Shown here one piece after another: positions 45,004-53,840 of a stretch of 64,000 nt of DNA. The notes beneath the pieces were generated by a model, which was given only the letters and a program-made list of their open reading frames with translations, had not been told where the DNA came from and made no database searches. Position 1 is the first letter of the stretch. Each line of letters opens with the position of its first letter. Made by a program: the position numbers and the translations under genes. The DNA comes from an uncultured Bacillota bacterium (GTDB taxonomy: Bacteria; Bacillota_I; Bacilli_A; RF39; UBA660), in assembly GCA_947165005.1 (NCBI GenBank), contig CAMUYN010000002.1:7420-71419 (forward strand). Reading direction: 5' to 3'.

Positions 45004-45594
45004 ATGATAAGAGTATTATTATCAAAAGGCAGAATTGCAGATAATTTTTTTGATATTCTAAAAGAAAAGAAAATGATAGAGAATAAACCTGTAATAGATA
45101 GAAAGCTAATTTTTAGAATACTTAATATGGATATAATGTTAGTAAGATCAAGTGATATATCAACATTATTGGATTTTAATAAGGCTGATATTGCAATATT
45201 AGGTAGTGATGTTATTGAAGAAAATTATAAGAATAAATATGTTGAATTATTGGATTTTAATGAAGAAAAATGTAAGTTTGCATTAGCAGGATTCCCCGAA
45301 ACTAATGTGGAAAATATAATGGTAATAGCAACAAAATATCCTAATACGGCAAAGAGGTATTTAGAGGATATGAAAAAGAATTGCATAATAATTAAGATGA
45401 ATGGATGCTTAGAATTGTATCCAAATATAGGATTATGCGATGCTATTATAGATTTAGTTGAATCAGGTAAAACTTTAGAGGCCAATGGATTAGAGATAAT
45501 AAGAGATTTTGATCCTATATCTACTAGGATAATAACTACACAAAATAAAGCGAATAATAGTGAAATAAAAAAATTAATATATAAGTTGAGATAG
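45004..45594 (+). CDS. hisG: ATP phosphoribosyltransferase, short (HisG-S) form
   Basis: LSKGRI, ILGSDVIEE, CKFALAG, ATKYPNTAKRY, LCDAIIDLVESGKTLEANGLEII, ISTRII collinear with short HisG; AGGAG SD. Confidence 0.72.
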   Translation: MIRVLLSKGRIADNFFDILKEKKMIENKPVIDRKLIFRILNMDIMLVRSSDISTLLDFNKADIAILGSDVIEENYKNKYVELLDFNEEKCKFALAGFPETNVENIMVIATKYPNTAKRYLEDMKKNCIIIKMNGCLELYPNIGLCDAIIDLVESGKTLEANGLEIIRDFDPISTRIITTQNKANNSEIKKLIYKLR

Positions 45595-45603
45595 ATTTCT
45601 TCC

Positions 45604-45632
45604 TTGACTTTATGTTAAATAAATCTTATACT
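45604..45632 (+). promoter_or_regulatory. sigma-A promoter of rny
   Basis: TTGACT - 17 nt - TATACT. Confidence 0.6.
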
Positions 45633-45671
45633 AGAAGTGTATATTAATTATACAAATTAATGGAGGAAAAT

Positions 45672-47216
45672 ATGGAAGAAAAACTATTGTTTTCCATATT
45701 TGGGGTACTTTTTGGAGTAATTATAACAGTTATAGTTACGTTTATTTTACTAAAATCAAAAGAAAAAAAATCTGATAATATAATTGAAAAAGCTAAGAAA
45801 GAAGCTGAAAAATATAAAAGAGATTCTATATTAGAATTAAAAGAAGAGCAACTAAGAGTTAAACAAGAATTTGAAAAAGAAATGAAAGAAAAGAAAGAGG
45901 AAGCAAAAGAATTTGAAGAAAGAATGCAGCAAAGAGAAAACGGTATCGATAGAAGAGATCAATTGCTTCAAGACAGAGAAAATTTATTATCAGATAAAGA
46001 AAATAGTATTATCCAAAGACAGAAAGAACTACAAAATTTGGAAGATAAAAAGAACGAATTAATTAGGCAAGAATTAGAAAAACTTGAAAAAATCTCAGGG
46101 TTAACAAAAGAGCAAGCTAAGAAAGAAATAATGTCTATTGTTGAAGAAACAATGACAAAAGAAATCGCCGCTTATATTAAAGACAAGGAAGCAGAAGCAA
46201 AACTTGATGTTGATAAGAAAGCAAAAGAAATGTTAGTTAGTTCTATGCAAAAGTATTCTTCTGATGTTACTAATGAAGTAACAGTATCAGTTATTAATTT
46301 ACCTAATGATGATATGAAAGGTAGATTAATTGGTAGAGAAGGGAGAAATATAAGAACTATCGAAGCAGTTACAGGAGTGGATTTAATAATTGATGATACT
46401 CCAGAAGCAATTGTTATTTCAAGCTTTGACCCATTAAGAAGAGAAATAGCAAAGGTAACTATTGAATCTTTAATTAAAGATGGAAGAATTCATCCAGGAA
46501 GAATTGAAGAATTATATGACAAAACTTGCGAAGACTTTAAACAAACAATTAGAGAAAAAGGTGAGGAAGCTGTATTTAAACTTGGTTTAGGTAAAGTTGA
46601 TCCAGAATTAATTGAACTAATTGGTAAATTATACTTTAGAACAAGTTATGGACAAAATGTGTTACAACATTCGGTTGAAGTAGCTAATTTATGCGGAATA
46701 ATGGCTGGAGAAATCGGAGAAAATATAACACTTGCTAAAAGAGCAGGATTACTTCATGATATTGGTAAAGCAATTGACTTTGAGGTTGAAGGAAGCCATG
46801 TAGACCTTGGGGCTAATATAGCTAAAAAATATAACGAAGATAAGGTTGTATTAAATGCTATTATGTCTCACCATGGTGATACAGAACCAACAAGTATTAT
46901 TTCAGAATTAGTTGCAATTGCTGATTCTATTAGTGCATCTAGACCTGGTGCAAGAAATGATTCATTAGAAAACTATATTAAGCGATTACAAGATCTAGAA
47001 GAAATTGCGAATAATTTTGATGGAATTGAAAAGTCATATGCAGTTCAAGCAGGTAGAGAATTAAGAGTAATTGTTAAACCTGAGGAAATTGATGAATTAT
47101 CATCAGTAAAACTTGCAAGGGATATTAAGAATAAGATAGAAGATAATTTACAATATCCTGGAACAATTAAAGTTGTTTTAATTAGAGAAACAAGAGTAAT
47201 TGAAGAAGCAAAATAA
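45672..47216 (+). CDS. rny: ribonuclease Y
   Basis: N-terminal TM, coiled coil, KH domain ([15 protein letters not shown]), HD domain ([12 protein letters not shown]). Confidence 0.94.
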   Translation: MEEKLLFSIFGVLFGVIITVIVTFILLKSKEKKSDNIIEKAKKEAEKYKRDSILELKEEQLRVKQEFEKEMKEKKEEAKEFEERMQQRENGIDRRDQLLQDRENLLSDKENSIIQRQKELQNLEDKKNELIRQELEKLEKISGLTKEQAKKEIMSIVEETMTKEIAAYIKDKEAEAKLDVDKKAKEMLVSSMQKYSSDVTNEVTVSVINLPNDDMKGRLIGREGRNIRTIEAVTGVDLIIDDTPEAIVISSFDPLRREIAKVTIESLIKDGRIHPGRIEELYDKTCEDFKQTIREKGEEAVFKLGLGKVDPELIELIGKLYFRTSYGQNVLQHSVEVANLCGIMAGEIGENITLAKRAGLLHDIGKAIDFEVEGSHVDLGANIAKKYNEDKVVLNAIMSHHGDTEPTSIISELVAIADSISASRPGARNDSLENYIKRLQDLEEIANNFDGIEKSYAVQAGRELRVIVKPEEIDELSSVKLARDIKNKIEDNLQYPGTIKVVLIRETRVIEEAK

Positions 47217-47230
47217 TGCTTCTTTTTTTT
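47205..47230 (+). terminator. Rho-independent terminator after rny
   Basis: GAAGCA-AAATAA-TGCTTC hairpin plus T8. Confidence 0.7.
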
Positions 47231-47262
47231 ATTCCATTTACATATTATTTATTAGGTGACAT

Positions 47263-48156
47263 ATGAATAATGTGGTTAAATATTATTATGAAATTAATTT
47301 GATAAATTTATCTAAATATAATGAAAAATATGCTTTTGATTATAATGGGAGTAGATATATATTTTTAAAATTTGATAGAAATGAGAATGATATAAAGGGA
47401 TTAGTAGAAATATGTAATGAATTAAAAAAGAGAAATATTATGACAAATGAATTGATACGTAATAAATTTAATAATTACTTGACACCTTATAACGGGGAAT
47501 TATACATAATGATTAAGCAAAATATAGATCAGTATGATGTGACGTTTAATGATATATTATATGTGCAGAATAATACCGTAAACATTTTATTAGATAAATA
47601 TCTAATTAGAACAAATTGTATTTCTTTGTGGGAAAATAAAATAGATTTCTATGAAAAAAAGTCTAAGGAATTAAGTGATAAATATCTTTTAATATATAAG
47701 ACTATAGATTACTATTTAGGATTAGGAGAAACTGCAATTATGTATTTGGCAAATAACAATGTACGAATAGACAATATTGTATTATCACACAGGCGACTAA
47801 CAGATTTTTATAATCCGTTGAATTATATATTAGATAGTAGGGCAAGGGATATAGCAGATTATTTTAAATACTTATTTTTTTTTGAAGATTGTACAAAAGA
47901 AGAAATACTATTCCTATTAAAATATATTAATCTTAGTAGGGAGGAATATATATTGTTAATCGCTCGTTTATTATATCCAACATATTATTTTGATTTGATA
48001 GATAATGTGTTATTTCATAATTATGATGAAAAGATAATAAGAAACATAATTAGAAAAGGTAGTCTATATAATAAGTTGTTAAAAGAACTATTTTATTATA
48101 TTAATTATCAATTAGGAATGAATATACCAATAATTGAGTGGATAATAAAAACATAG
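47263..48156 (+). CDS. CotS/YutH-like spore-coat kinase-fold protein, possibly catalytically inactive
   Basis: Overall layout resembles CotS-family phosphotransferase fold; HGD-type catalytic loop position reads VLSHRRL; ILDSRARDIADYF resembles DxD/DLA region; weak recognition only. Confidence 0.35.
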   Translation: MNNVVKYYYEINLINLSKYNEKYAFDYNGSRYIFLKFDRNENDIKGLVEICNELKKRNIMTNELIRNKFNNYLTPYNGELYIMIKQNIDQYDVTFNDILYVQNNTVNILLDKYLIRTNCISLWENKIDFYEKKSKELSDKYLLIYKTIDYYLGLGETAIMYLANNNVRIDNIVLSHRRLTDFYNPLNYILDSRARDIADYFKYLFFFEDCTKEEILFLLKYINLSREEYILLIARLLYPTYYFDLIDNVLFHNYDEKIIRNIIRKGSLYNKLLKELFYYINYQLGMNIPIIEWIIKT

Positions 48157-48390
48157 TCATTCATTAACTATGTTTATAACTTCTAATACTTCAGGAATTT
48201 CTGAAGTTAATATACTTTCAATAGTATCTTTTATTTCAGAATCTCCATATTCACAATTTGCACAGGCTCCAGTCAAAGCGACAAATACAATTCCATTTTC
48301 ATATTTTATAAATTCAATATCGCCGCCATCGCTTATTAAAAAAGGACGTACCTTATCAATTACATATTTAATGCGGTCAATTGTATCCAT
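48157..48390 (-). CDS. NifU C-terminal-domain (Nfu/YutI-like) Fe-S cluster carrier
   Basis: VRPFLISDGGDIEF...LTGACANCEY CxxC motif; ATG 48390 preceded by GGAG. Confidence 0.8.
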   Translation of the reverse strand: MDTIDRIKYVIDKVRPFLISDGGDIEFIKYENGIVFVALTGACANCEYGDSEIKDTIESILTSEIPEVLEVINIVNE

Positions 48391-48478
48391 CAAATCACTC
48401 CTAAAATAATTATACATTATTATTAAAATAATTTCAAAATAATAATTTCTAGTGGTATAATAAATCTAGGTGAAGAAA

Positions 48479-48832
48479 ATGGAATATAAAGTAAATGATG
48501 TGATTTATGTTACTATTGCGTCAGTTACTCCATATGGGGCGTTTGTAAATGCCGAAAATGGGTATACGGGATTAATCCATATTTCTGAAATAACAGGAAA
48601 ATATATAAAAGATATTTCAAAGTATTTTAAAATAGGGAATATTGTTGAAGTAGTGGTAATTGGAATAGATGAAGAAAAAAGGCAATTAAGTCTAAGTACA
48701 AAGGGAATTATGCCGGTTACTGACATACAAAATGAACTTGTTGAGGATGAAATAGGATTTGAAAATTTGATCGATAAGTTGCCTGGATGGATAAATGAAA
48801 CGAAAAAAGAAATCGAAAAAGATAGTAATTAG
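48479..48832 (+). CDS. S1 RNA-binding domain protein (YugI/GSP13-like)
   Basis: YGAFVNAENGYTGLIHISEITGKYIKDI...LSLSTK S1 motif. Confidence 0.8.
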   Translation: MEYKVNDVIYVTIASVTPYGAFVNAENGYTGLIHISEITGKYIKDISKYFKIGNIVEVVVIGIDEEKRQLSLSTKGIMPVTDIQNELVEDEIGFENLIDKLPGWINETKKEIEKDSN

Positions 48833-48852
48833 TAAAAAAAATGCAAATTTCA

Positions 48853-48881
48853 TTGACAAAAAAATGCAGTAATGTTATTAT
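48853..48881 (+). promoter_or_regulatory. sigma-A promoter of tRNA operon 1
   Basis: TTGACA - 17 nt - TATTAT, 19 nt before tRNA-Val. Confidence 0.7.
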
Positions 48882-48899
48882 TGTTATTGTTAATGACAT

Positions 48900-48976
48900 G
48901 GATTCTTAGCTCAGTTGGTTAGAGCATCTGCCTTACAAGCAGGAGGTCGTAGGTTCGAGTCCCACAGAGTCCACCA
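48900..48976 (+). tRNA. tRNA-Val(UAC)
   Basis: Manual cloverleaf; anticodon loop CTTACAA; T-loop TTCGAGT; encoded CCA. Confidence 0.9.
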
Positions 48977-48983
48977 TTTTTTT

Positions 48984-49059
<76 letters not shown>

Positions 49060-49066
49060 CTTTTAT

Positions 49067-49150
49067 GGGAAGGTAGCGAAGTGGCTAAACGCGGCAGACT
49101 GTAAATCTGTTCCTTTTGGTTCGATGGTTCGAATCCATCTCTTCCCACCA
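49067..49150 (+). tRNA. tRNA-Tyr(GUA)
   Basis: Anticodon loop CTGTAAA; long variable arm; encoded CCA. Confidence 0.9.
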
Positions 49151-49156
49151 GTGTGT

Positions 49157-49231
49157 TGCCTTGTAGCCAAGTGGTAAGGCATCAGACTTTGACTCTGACA
49201 TGCGCTAGTTCGAATCTAGCCAAGGCAGCCA
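49157..49231 (+). tRNA. tRNA-Gln(UUG)
   Basis: U1-A72 acceptor TGCCTTG/CAAGGCA; anticodon loop CTTTGAC; encoded CCA. Confidence 0.9.
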
Positions 49232-49239
49232 TTTTAAAT

Positions 49240-49315
49240 GTCTCGTTAGCTCAGCCGGTAGAGCACTTGACTTTTAATCAAGGGGTCATGCGTTCGAATC
49301 GCATACGAGACACCA
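49240..49315 (+). tRNA. tRNA-Lys(UUU)
   Basis: Acceptor GTCTCGT/ACGAGAC; anticodon loop CTTTTAA; encoded CCA. Confidence 0.9.
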
Positions 49316-49328
49316 ATTATGATAGTAG

Positions 49329-49349
49329 CTGACATATGTCAGTTTTTTT
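49329..49349 (+). terminator. terminator of tRNA operon 1
   Basis: CTGACATATGTCAG palindrome plus T7. Confidence 0.8.
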
Positions 49350-49401
49350 GTGCACAAAAAAAGGAATTTCAAAATTCCTTTTTCTATAAATAATTCTAGA
49401 A

Positions 49402-49902
49402 TTATTTATCTTCGCCTGGTTTGTTAACAACTTTAGCTGGTGCAGTGTAACTTGCAGTTCCGAATGCTAAGATTGGATACATAACAAATGGGAAGAATGC
49501 CATAAGAACACCGAATCCAGTTTCTTTTCCGAATGTTTTAGCAAGTCTAATATTTAACCAAATATTAAGGAAAATTAAGAATGCTGGGTAAGCAATCCAT
49601 CCTAATACTGGAATTATTGCTATTACTGATCCGAATACTAAACCTAGAACCCAAATTGGGTTAATTCCAGCTAATTCGAATAATACGAATTCATTATGTC
49701 CTGGAATTAATGATTCATAACCTTGTCTACCAGCTTTTTTAAACATTTTGTATAGAGCAACTAATTCTACTATTGCAGCAGCAATTACTATAATGTAGAA
49801 GAATATTAACCCAATACCAAATCCAGCCATGATTCCGCCTAAAGCGTCAGCACTTGTTGTATTATAAGCAGTAGTGTTATAAGCATCTAAACCGTAATTC
49901 AT
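49402..49902 (-). CDS. DUF5684-like membrane protein
   Basis: MFKKAGRQGYESLIPGHNEF...GINPIW...FGKETGFGVLMAFFPFVMYPILAFG matches the DUF5684 pattern; ATG 49902 preceded by GGAGGAG (track 50085 start is an unsupported extension). Confidence 0.6.
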   Translation of the reverse strand: MNYGLDAYNTTAYNTTSADALGGIMAGFGIGLIFFYIIVIAAAIVELVALYKMFKKAGRQGYESLIPGHNEFVLFELAGINPIWVLGLVFGSVIAIIPVLGWIAYPAFLIFLNIWLNIRLAKTFGKETGFGVLMAFFPFVMYPILAFGTASYTAPAKVVNKPGEDK

Positions 49903-50034
49903 TAAAAAACTCCTCCTATCTACAATCATTATATCATAAATTTTATAAAATAAAACAATTTTTTGAAAGAAATTAAAAATATAATTTATGAATAAACATT
50001 GAATGACTCCCATATAATTTATTGGTGATTTTAA

Positions 50035-50502
50035 GTGGAAATAAAAGTTGAAGGAAAGAACAAAAAGTATGCAAAGATTTTGCAAGAATCATTTTGTGGA
50101 ATGAATGGAAATTTATCTGAATTTTTACTGTTGAAATATGAGTATATTGTTTTTTGCAAAACGGATAATTCCCTAGCATTAAATGTTAACAAATTATCAA
50201 ATGATGTTTTAGCACAGCTTGAAATAATAGGAAAATTAATTTATATGCTAGGTGAAAATCCGGAATTAATAGTTGATGATAAAATTTATGAGCGATACTT
50301 ATGTAACAAACAATTATTACTCGAAACAAATGTTAAAATTACTAAGGAAAAAATAATACTATATACTAATGCTCTTAATTCAATCAATGATAATCATATA
50401 AAGACTATTTTAGAAAAATTAATAGTTGATGAAAGAAAAAATCTTAAAATATTTGAATTACTGAATTTAAAAAATAAAATGAAGAAGTATAACCTTGACT
50501 AA
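50035..50502 (+). CDS. ferritin-like / CotJC (Mn-catalase family)-related protein, degenerate
   Basis: KNKKYAKILQESFCGMNGNLSEFLLLKYEY and DVLAQLEIIGKLIYML parallel CotJC NPxLAKxLxxxYGGxxGELxAxxxY and EEFAHLEMI blocks, but His/Glu ligand positions differ; GTG start. Confidence 0.4.
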   Translation: MEIKVEGKNKKYAKILQESFCGMNGNLSEFLLLKYEYIVFCKTDNSLALNVNKLSNDVLAQLEIIGKLIYMLGENPELIVDDKIYERYLCNKQLLLETNVKITKEKIILYTNALNSINDNHIKTILEKLIVDERKNLKIFELLNLKNKMKKYNLD

Positions 50503-50540
50503 AATAGAATACAATGCTACCATGTCAATAAGAGGTTAGA

Positions 50541-51371
50541 ATGAAAAATAAGAGTATTGTAATGAAAATTTTGGTTGTTGCAAGTATAATTTTAATTCTT
50601 CTACTTTTTGTGGTTGTTTTTTCTCTTATAAAAATAATAATTCCAGAAAAAACTAAAAAAGAAGAGGGGAGAATAATAACAAAAAGTTTTTCTATAGACG
50701 AAATAGAAGATATATCCTTTAATTTTAAAAAAGCAAATTCTAATTTTGAAATCTCTGATGAAGAGAAACTAGTAATTGTACAAAAAAATAAAGAAACGAA
50801 ATTCTTTTTGAATTATAAGAAAAACAGTAAAAAGATATATTTTGAGGAAGATAGTTATATTATTAATCCACATAAAGAAAAATATACAATATATATTCCT
50901 AAAAATTATGTGAATAAAATTAATATAGTAAATGGATTTGGAAAATTGACTGTGACAGGAATTATAAATAATTTATATATTAACAATAATTCTGGGGATC
51001 TAAAGTTAAAAAATATACGTAATGTAAAAATTAAAGATGTATCTGGTAATGTTTTTTTTGAAAATGCAGAAGGCACAATTGAAGTAGAGAGTTCGACAGG
51101 TAATATTGAAATGAAAAATGTAATTGGTATTATGAATATAGAAAGTATTGCAGGAGATGTAGAATTAATAGATTTAGACATAACTGGTGATTCTAGATTT
51201 GAAAATGTATCTGGAGATATTACAATCAAAATGAAAGAACAGGCTATATGCACTATTAATTACTCTAATGAAAGCGGGAAAAACTATATAGATGAAAAAG
51301 TATGTATAGACGGATTAAATTTAAATTTATTAAAAATTAACAATATAACAGGAAAAATAAAAGTATATTAA
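50541..51371 (+). CDS. membrane-anchored DUF4097 (LiaG-like beta-helix, putative adhesin) protein
   Basis: N-terminal TM; C-terminal degenerate repeats SGD(L/I/V)xLxN / TGNIEM / AGDVEL / SGDITI. Confidence 0.6.
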   Translation: MKNKSIVMKILVVASIILILLLFVVVFSLIKIIIPEKTKKEEGRIITKSFSIDEIEDISFNFKKANSNFEISDEEKLVIVQKNKETKFFLNYKKNSKKIYFEEDSYIINPHKEKYTIYIPKNYVNKINIVNGFGKLTVTGIINNLYINNNSGDLKLKNIRNVKIKDVSGNVFFENAEGTIEVESSTGNIEMKNVIGIMNIESIAGDVELIDLDITGDSRFENVSGDITIKMKEQAICTINYSNESGKNYIDEKVCIDGLNLNLLKINNITGKIKVY

Positions 51372-51413
51372 TGATTGCAAAAATATGCTATAATTTATAT
51401 GGGAGTGATAAAA

Positions 51414-51944
51414 ATGAAAAAAATCAAATTTATAATTGCAATATTAGTATTTGCTCTTGCTTGTGTAATAGGCCAATCTAGTTGTTATGCAAAAAGCAAA
51501 GTTAATGTATACCTATTTAAAGGAGAAGGATGCCCTCATTGTGAAGAAGCACTTGAGTGGTTTAACAATGAATTATCCAAAGATTCTGAATATTCAGATT
51601 ATTACAAATTAGTTGAATATGAAGTATGGTATGATGAAGAAAATAGTGAACTAATGAATAGTGTGGCAAAAGAGCTTGGCACTAATGCAACAGGAGTTCC
51701 ATTTATTGTAATTGGTGATAAGTATTTTAGTGGATTTTCTTCTGCTAATTCACCTGAAGAGATCAAAGAGGCAATAAAAACTCAATATGATAATAAGAAT
51801 TATCAAGATGTAGTTGAAGCTGTAAAAAAAGGAACAACCTTAAAAAACAGCAAAGATGATAATTCGATTCTACCAATAATAATAGTTTCTGCTATAGCAA
51901 TTGTTGCAGTTATAGGGCTAGTATTCTTTACAAAAGAAAAATAA
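51414..51944 (+). CDS. secreted/membrane-tethered thioredoxin-fold protein (CPHC)
   Basis: Signal peptide, VYLFKGEGCPHCEEA CxxC motif, GVPFIVIG, C-terminal TM. Confidence 0.6.
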   Translation: MKKIKFIIAILVFALACVIGQSSCYAKSKVNVYLFKGEGCPHCEEALEWFNNELSKDSEYSDYYKLVEYEVWYDEENSELMNSVAKELGTNATGVPFIVIGDKYFSGFSSANSPEEIKEAIKTQYDNKNYQDVVEAVKKGTTLKNSKDDNSILPIIIVSAIAIVAVIGLVFFTKEK

Positions 51945-51951
51945 TGATATA

Positions 51952-51975
51952 AAATAGACATCAGTCTATTTTTTA
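51952..51975 (+). terminator. Rho-independent terminator
   Basis: ATAGAC-ATCA-GTCTAT hairpin plus T5. Confidence 0.6.
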
Positions 51976-51976
51976 T

Positions 51977-52053
51977 GACTCGTTGGTGAAGGGGTTAAAC
52001 ACACCACCCTCTCAAGGTGGCATTCATGGGTTCAAATCCCATACGAGTCACCA
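51977..52053 (+). tRNA. tRNA-Glu(CUC)
   Basis: Collinear with Bacillus tRNA-Glu (GTTGGT..GGTTAA D-arm); anticodon stem CCACC/GGTGG, loop CTCTCAA; encoded CCA. Confidence 0.8.
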
Positions 52054-52087
52054 TTTTGTTTTTTGTTATAAAATAAACAAAAAAGTA

Positions 52088-52116
52088 TTGAAATATTTAA
52101 AAAAATATTATATACT
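52088..52116 (+). promoter_or_regulatory. sigma-A promoter of tRNA operon 2
   Basis: TTGAAA - 17 nt - TATACT. Confidence 0.6.
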
Positions 52117-52156
52117 TAAATAGTCCAAACAAAAGGACTAATGGTGCCAAATATAT

Positions 52157-52245
52157 GCCTTAGTGGCGGAATTGGTAGACGCACAGGACTTAAAATCCTG
52201 CGGGAGTCAAATCCCGTGCCGGTTCAAGTCCGGCCTGAGGCACCA
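52157..52245 (+). tRNA. tRNA-Leu(UAA)
   Basis: Anticodon loop CTTAAAA; long variable arm; encoded CCA. Confidence 0.9.
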
Positions 52246-52253
52246 TTTTTTTT

Positions 52254-52346
52254 GGAGAAGTACCCAAGTCTGGCTGAAGGGACCGGTCTTGAAAACCGGG
52301 AGGTCGTTTATGCGGCGCAGGGGTTCGAATCCCTTCTTCTCCGCCA
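52254..52346 (+). tRNA. tRNA-Ser(UGA)
   Basis: Anticodon loop CTTGAAA; long variable arm; encoded CCA. Confidence 0.9.
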
Positions 52347-52360
52347 CTTAAATTTTATAT

Positions 52361-52437
<77 letters not shown>

Positions 52438-52448
52438 ATTGTTAATTA

Positions 52449-52470
52449 CTAGCATTTTTGCTAGTTTTTT
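52449..52470 (+). terminator. terminator of tRNA operon 2
   Basis: CTAGCA-TTTT-TGCTAG hairpin plus T6. Confidence 0.8.
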
Positions 52471-52516
52471 GTTATCAATATTAAAAAATATACATATAAT
52501 TTAATTGGGTGATGAA

Positions 52517-53320
52517 ATGGGTAATTTTATCAAAAGCTTTATTGTTGGCATATTTGCAATTTTTCCAGGAGTTAGTGGGAGTACTTTAGCTATTTCTTTA
52601 GATATATATGATAAATTCTTTTATTCGCTTAAAAATATCAAGGAAAATTATTTATTTATATTATTAGTTGTTTTAGGTTTTTGCTTTGGGGTTATTGTTG
52701 GAAGTAATATTATTATATATTTATCAAATTATAAAAAAATTTTGTATTATGCTTTTGCAGGACTAATAATAGGGACTATACCAAACATGTTTCAAAGAGC
52801 CAAGAGAATAAACTATATATTTCTTATTATTTCATTTATTATTTCTATTATTACATTGTTTTCCTGCAAAAATACTCTTGATTTTAAGAGCAACTCATTT
52901 AAGATGCTTGTTGGTGGAATATTTTTTTCTTTTGGAAAAATATTTCCAGGTGTTAGTTCATCGTTTTTTTTAATAATTCTTGGAATATATGATGAAATAA
53001 TCATTCTTTTCAGCAATCCGGTTCTTATATTTTCGCAAATTTCTCATTATCTTCCATTCATTCTAGGTGCATTAATTGGATTAATAATTTTTGTAAAACT
53101 TTTGAATTATCTGATATTAAATAAGCATGATTTACTATATAGCATATTAATCGGACTTGTACTATCCTCTATAATTTCAATCGTTCCTAAATTTGAATTG
53201 AATTTTGATAATATTTTAGGTATAGCATTAATGATGTTAGGTTCCGTTATTTCATTTAAATTCAATAAAAAAAAGAGATTTAATTTATTAAAAGTATTGA
53301 CAAGGCAGACGAAAATTTAG
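52517..53320 (+). CDS. DUF368 family membrane protein (PopT-type polyprenyl-phosphate translocase family)
   Basis: FPGVSGSTLAISLDIYD near N-terminus and second FPGVSSSFFLIILGIYD repeat are the DUF368 hallmark; start ATG 52517 or TTG 52505. Confidence 0.7.
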   Translation: MGNFIKSFIVGIFAIFPGVSGSTLAISLDIYDKFFYSLKNIKENYLFILLVVLGFCFGVIVGSNIIIYLSNYKKILYYAFAGLIIGTIPNMFQRAKRINYIFLIISFIISIITLFSCKNTLDFKSNSFKMLVGGIFFSFGKIFPGVSSSFFLIILGIYDEIIILFSNPVLIFSQISHYLPFILGALIGLIIFVKLLNYLILNKHDLLYSILIGLVLSSIISIVPKFELNFDNILGIALMMLGSVISFKFNKKKRFNLLKVLTRQTKI

Positions 53321-53326
53321 TATACT
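53297..53326 (+). promoter_or_regulatory. sigma-A promoter of tRNA operon 3
   Basis: TTGACA - 18 nt - TATACT, overlapping the 3' end of the DUF368 gene. Confidence 0.6.
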
Positions 53327-53357
53327 TATTATGCATTTTAATTGTGCAATTGGTTTT

Positions 53358-53433
53358 GGTTCCGTGGTGTAGTGGTTAACACGTCTGCCTGTCACGCAGA
53401 AGATCGAGGGTTCAAGTCCCTTCGGAACCGCCA
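53358..53433 (+). tRNA. tRNA-Asp(GUC)
   Basis: Anticodon loop CTGTCAC; encoded CCA. Confidence 0.9.
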
Positions 53434-53447
53434 TTTTTTATTTATAT

Positions 53448-53523
53448 GGCTCTGTAGCTCAGTTGGTAGAGCACAGGACTGAAAATCCTGGTGTCGACAG
53501 TTCAATCCTGTCCGGAGCCACCA
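53448..53523 (+). tRNA. tRNA-Phe(GAA)
   Basis: Anticodon loop CTGAAAA; encoded CCA. Confidence 0.9.
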
Positions 53524-53542
53524 TTTTTAAAAAAGTAGTTAT

Positions 53543-53619
53543 GCACTCGTAGCTCAATTGGATAGAGTGTTTGGCTACGAACCAAAAGGTTGGGGGTTCG
53601 ATTCCCTCCGAGTGCACCA
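53543..53619 (+). tRNA. tRNA-Arg(ACG)
   Basis: Anticodon loop CTACGAA; encoded CCA. Confidence 0.9.
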
Positions 53620-53647
53620 CTTTTTAAAAGTAGTAATTTTTATTTAT

Positions 53648-53724
53648 CGGGAAGTAGCACAACTTGGCAGTGCGCGTGGTTTGGGACCATGAGGTTGCAG
53701 GTTCAAATCCTGTCTTCCCGACCA
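53648..53724 (+). tRNA. tRNA-Pro(UGG)
   Basis: Acceptor CGGGAAG/CTTCCCG; anticodon loop TTTGGGA; encoded CCA. Confidence 0.9.
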
Positions 53725-53840
53725 TTTTTATAAATATAACGTATAGTTATGTTTTTTTTTTGCAATTTTTAAAAAAAAACATTTTTTCATTTTAACCTAA
53801 GTGATATAATTATTATAGTATAGCATAGGGAGGTGTTAGA

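Noticed and set aside
49903-50085. N-terminal 61-aa extension of the DUF5684-like ORF (track start 50085)
   Set aside because: The extension overlaps the divergent gene start and has no SD. ATG 49902 is preceded by GGAGGAG and begins the conserved region.
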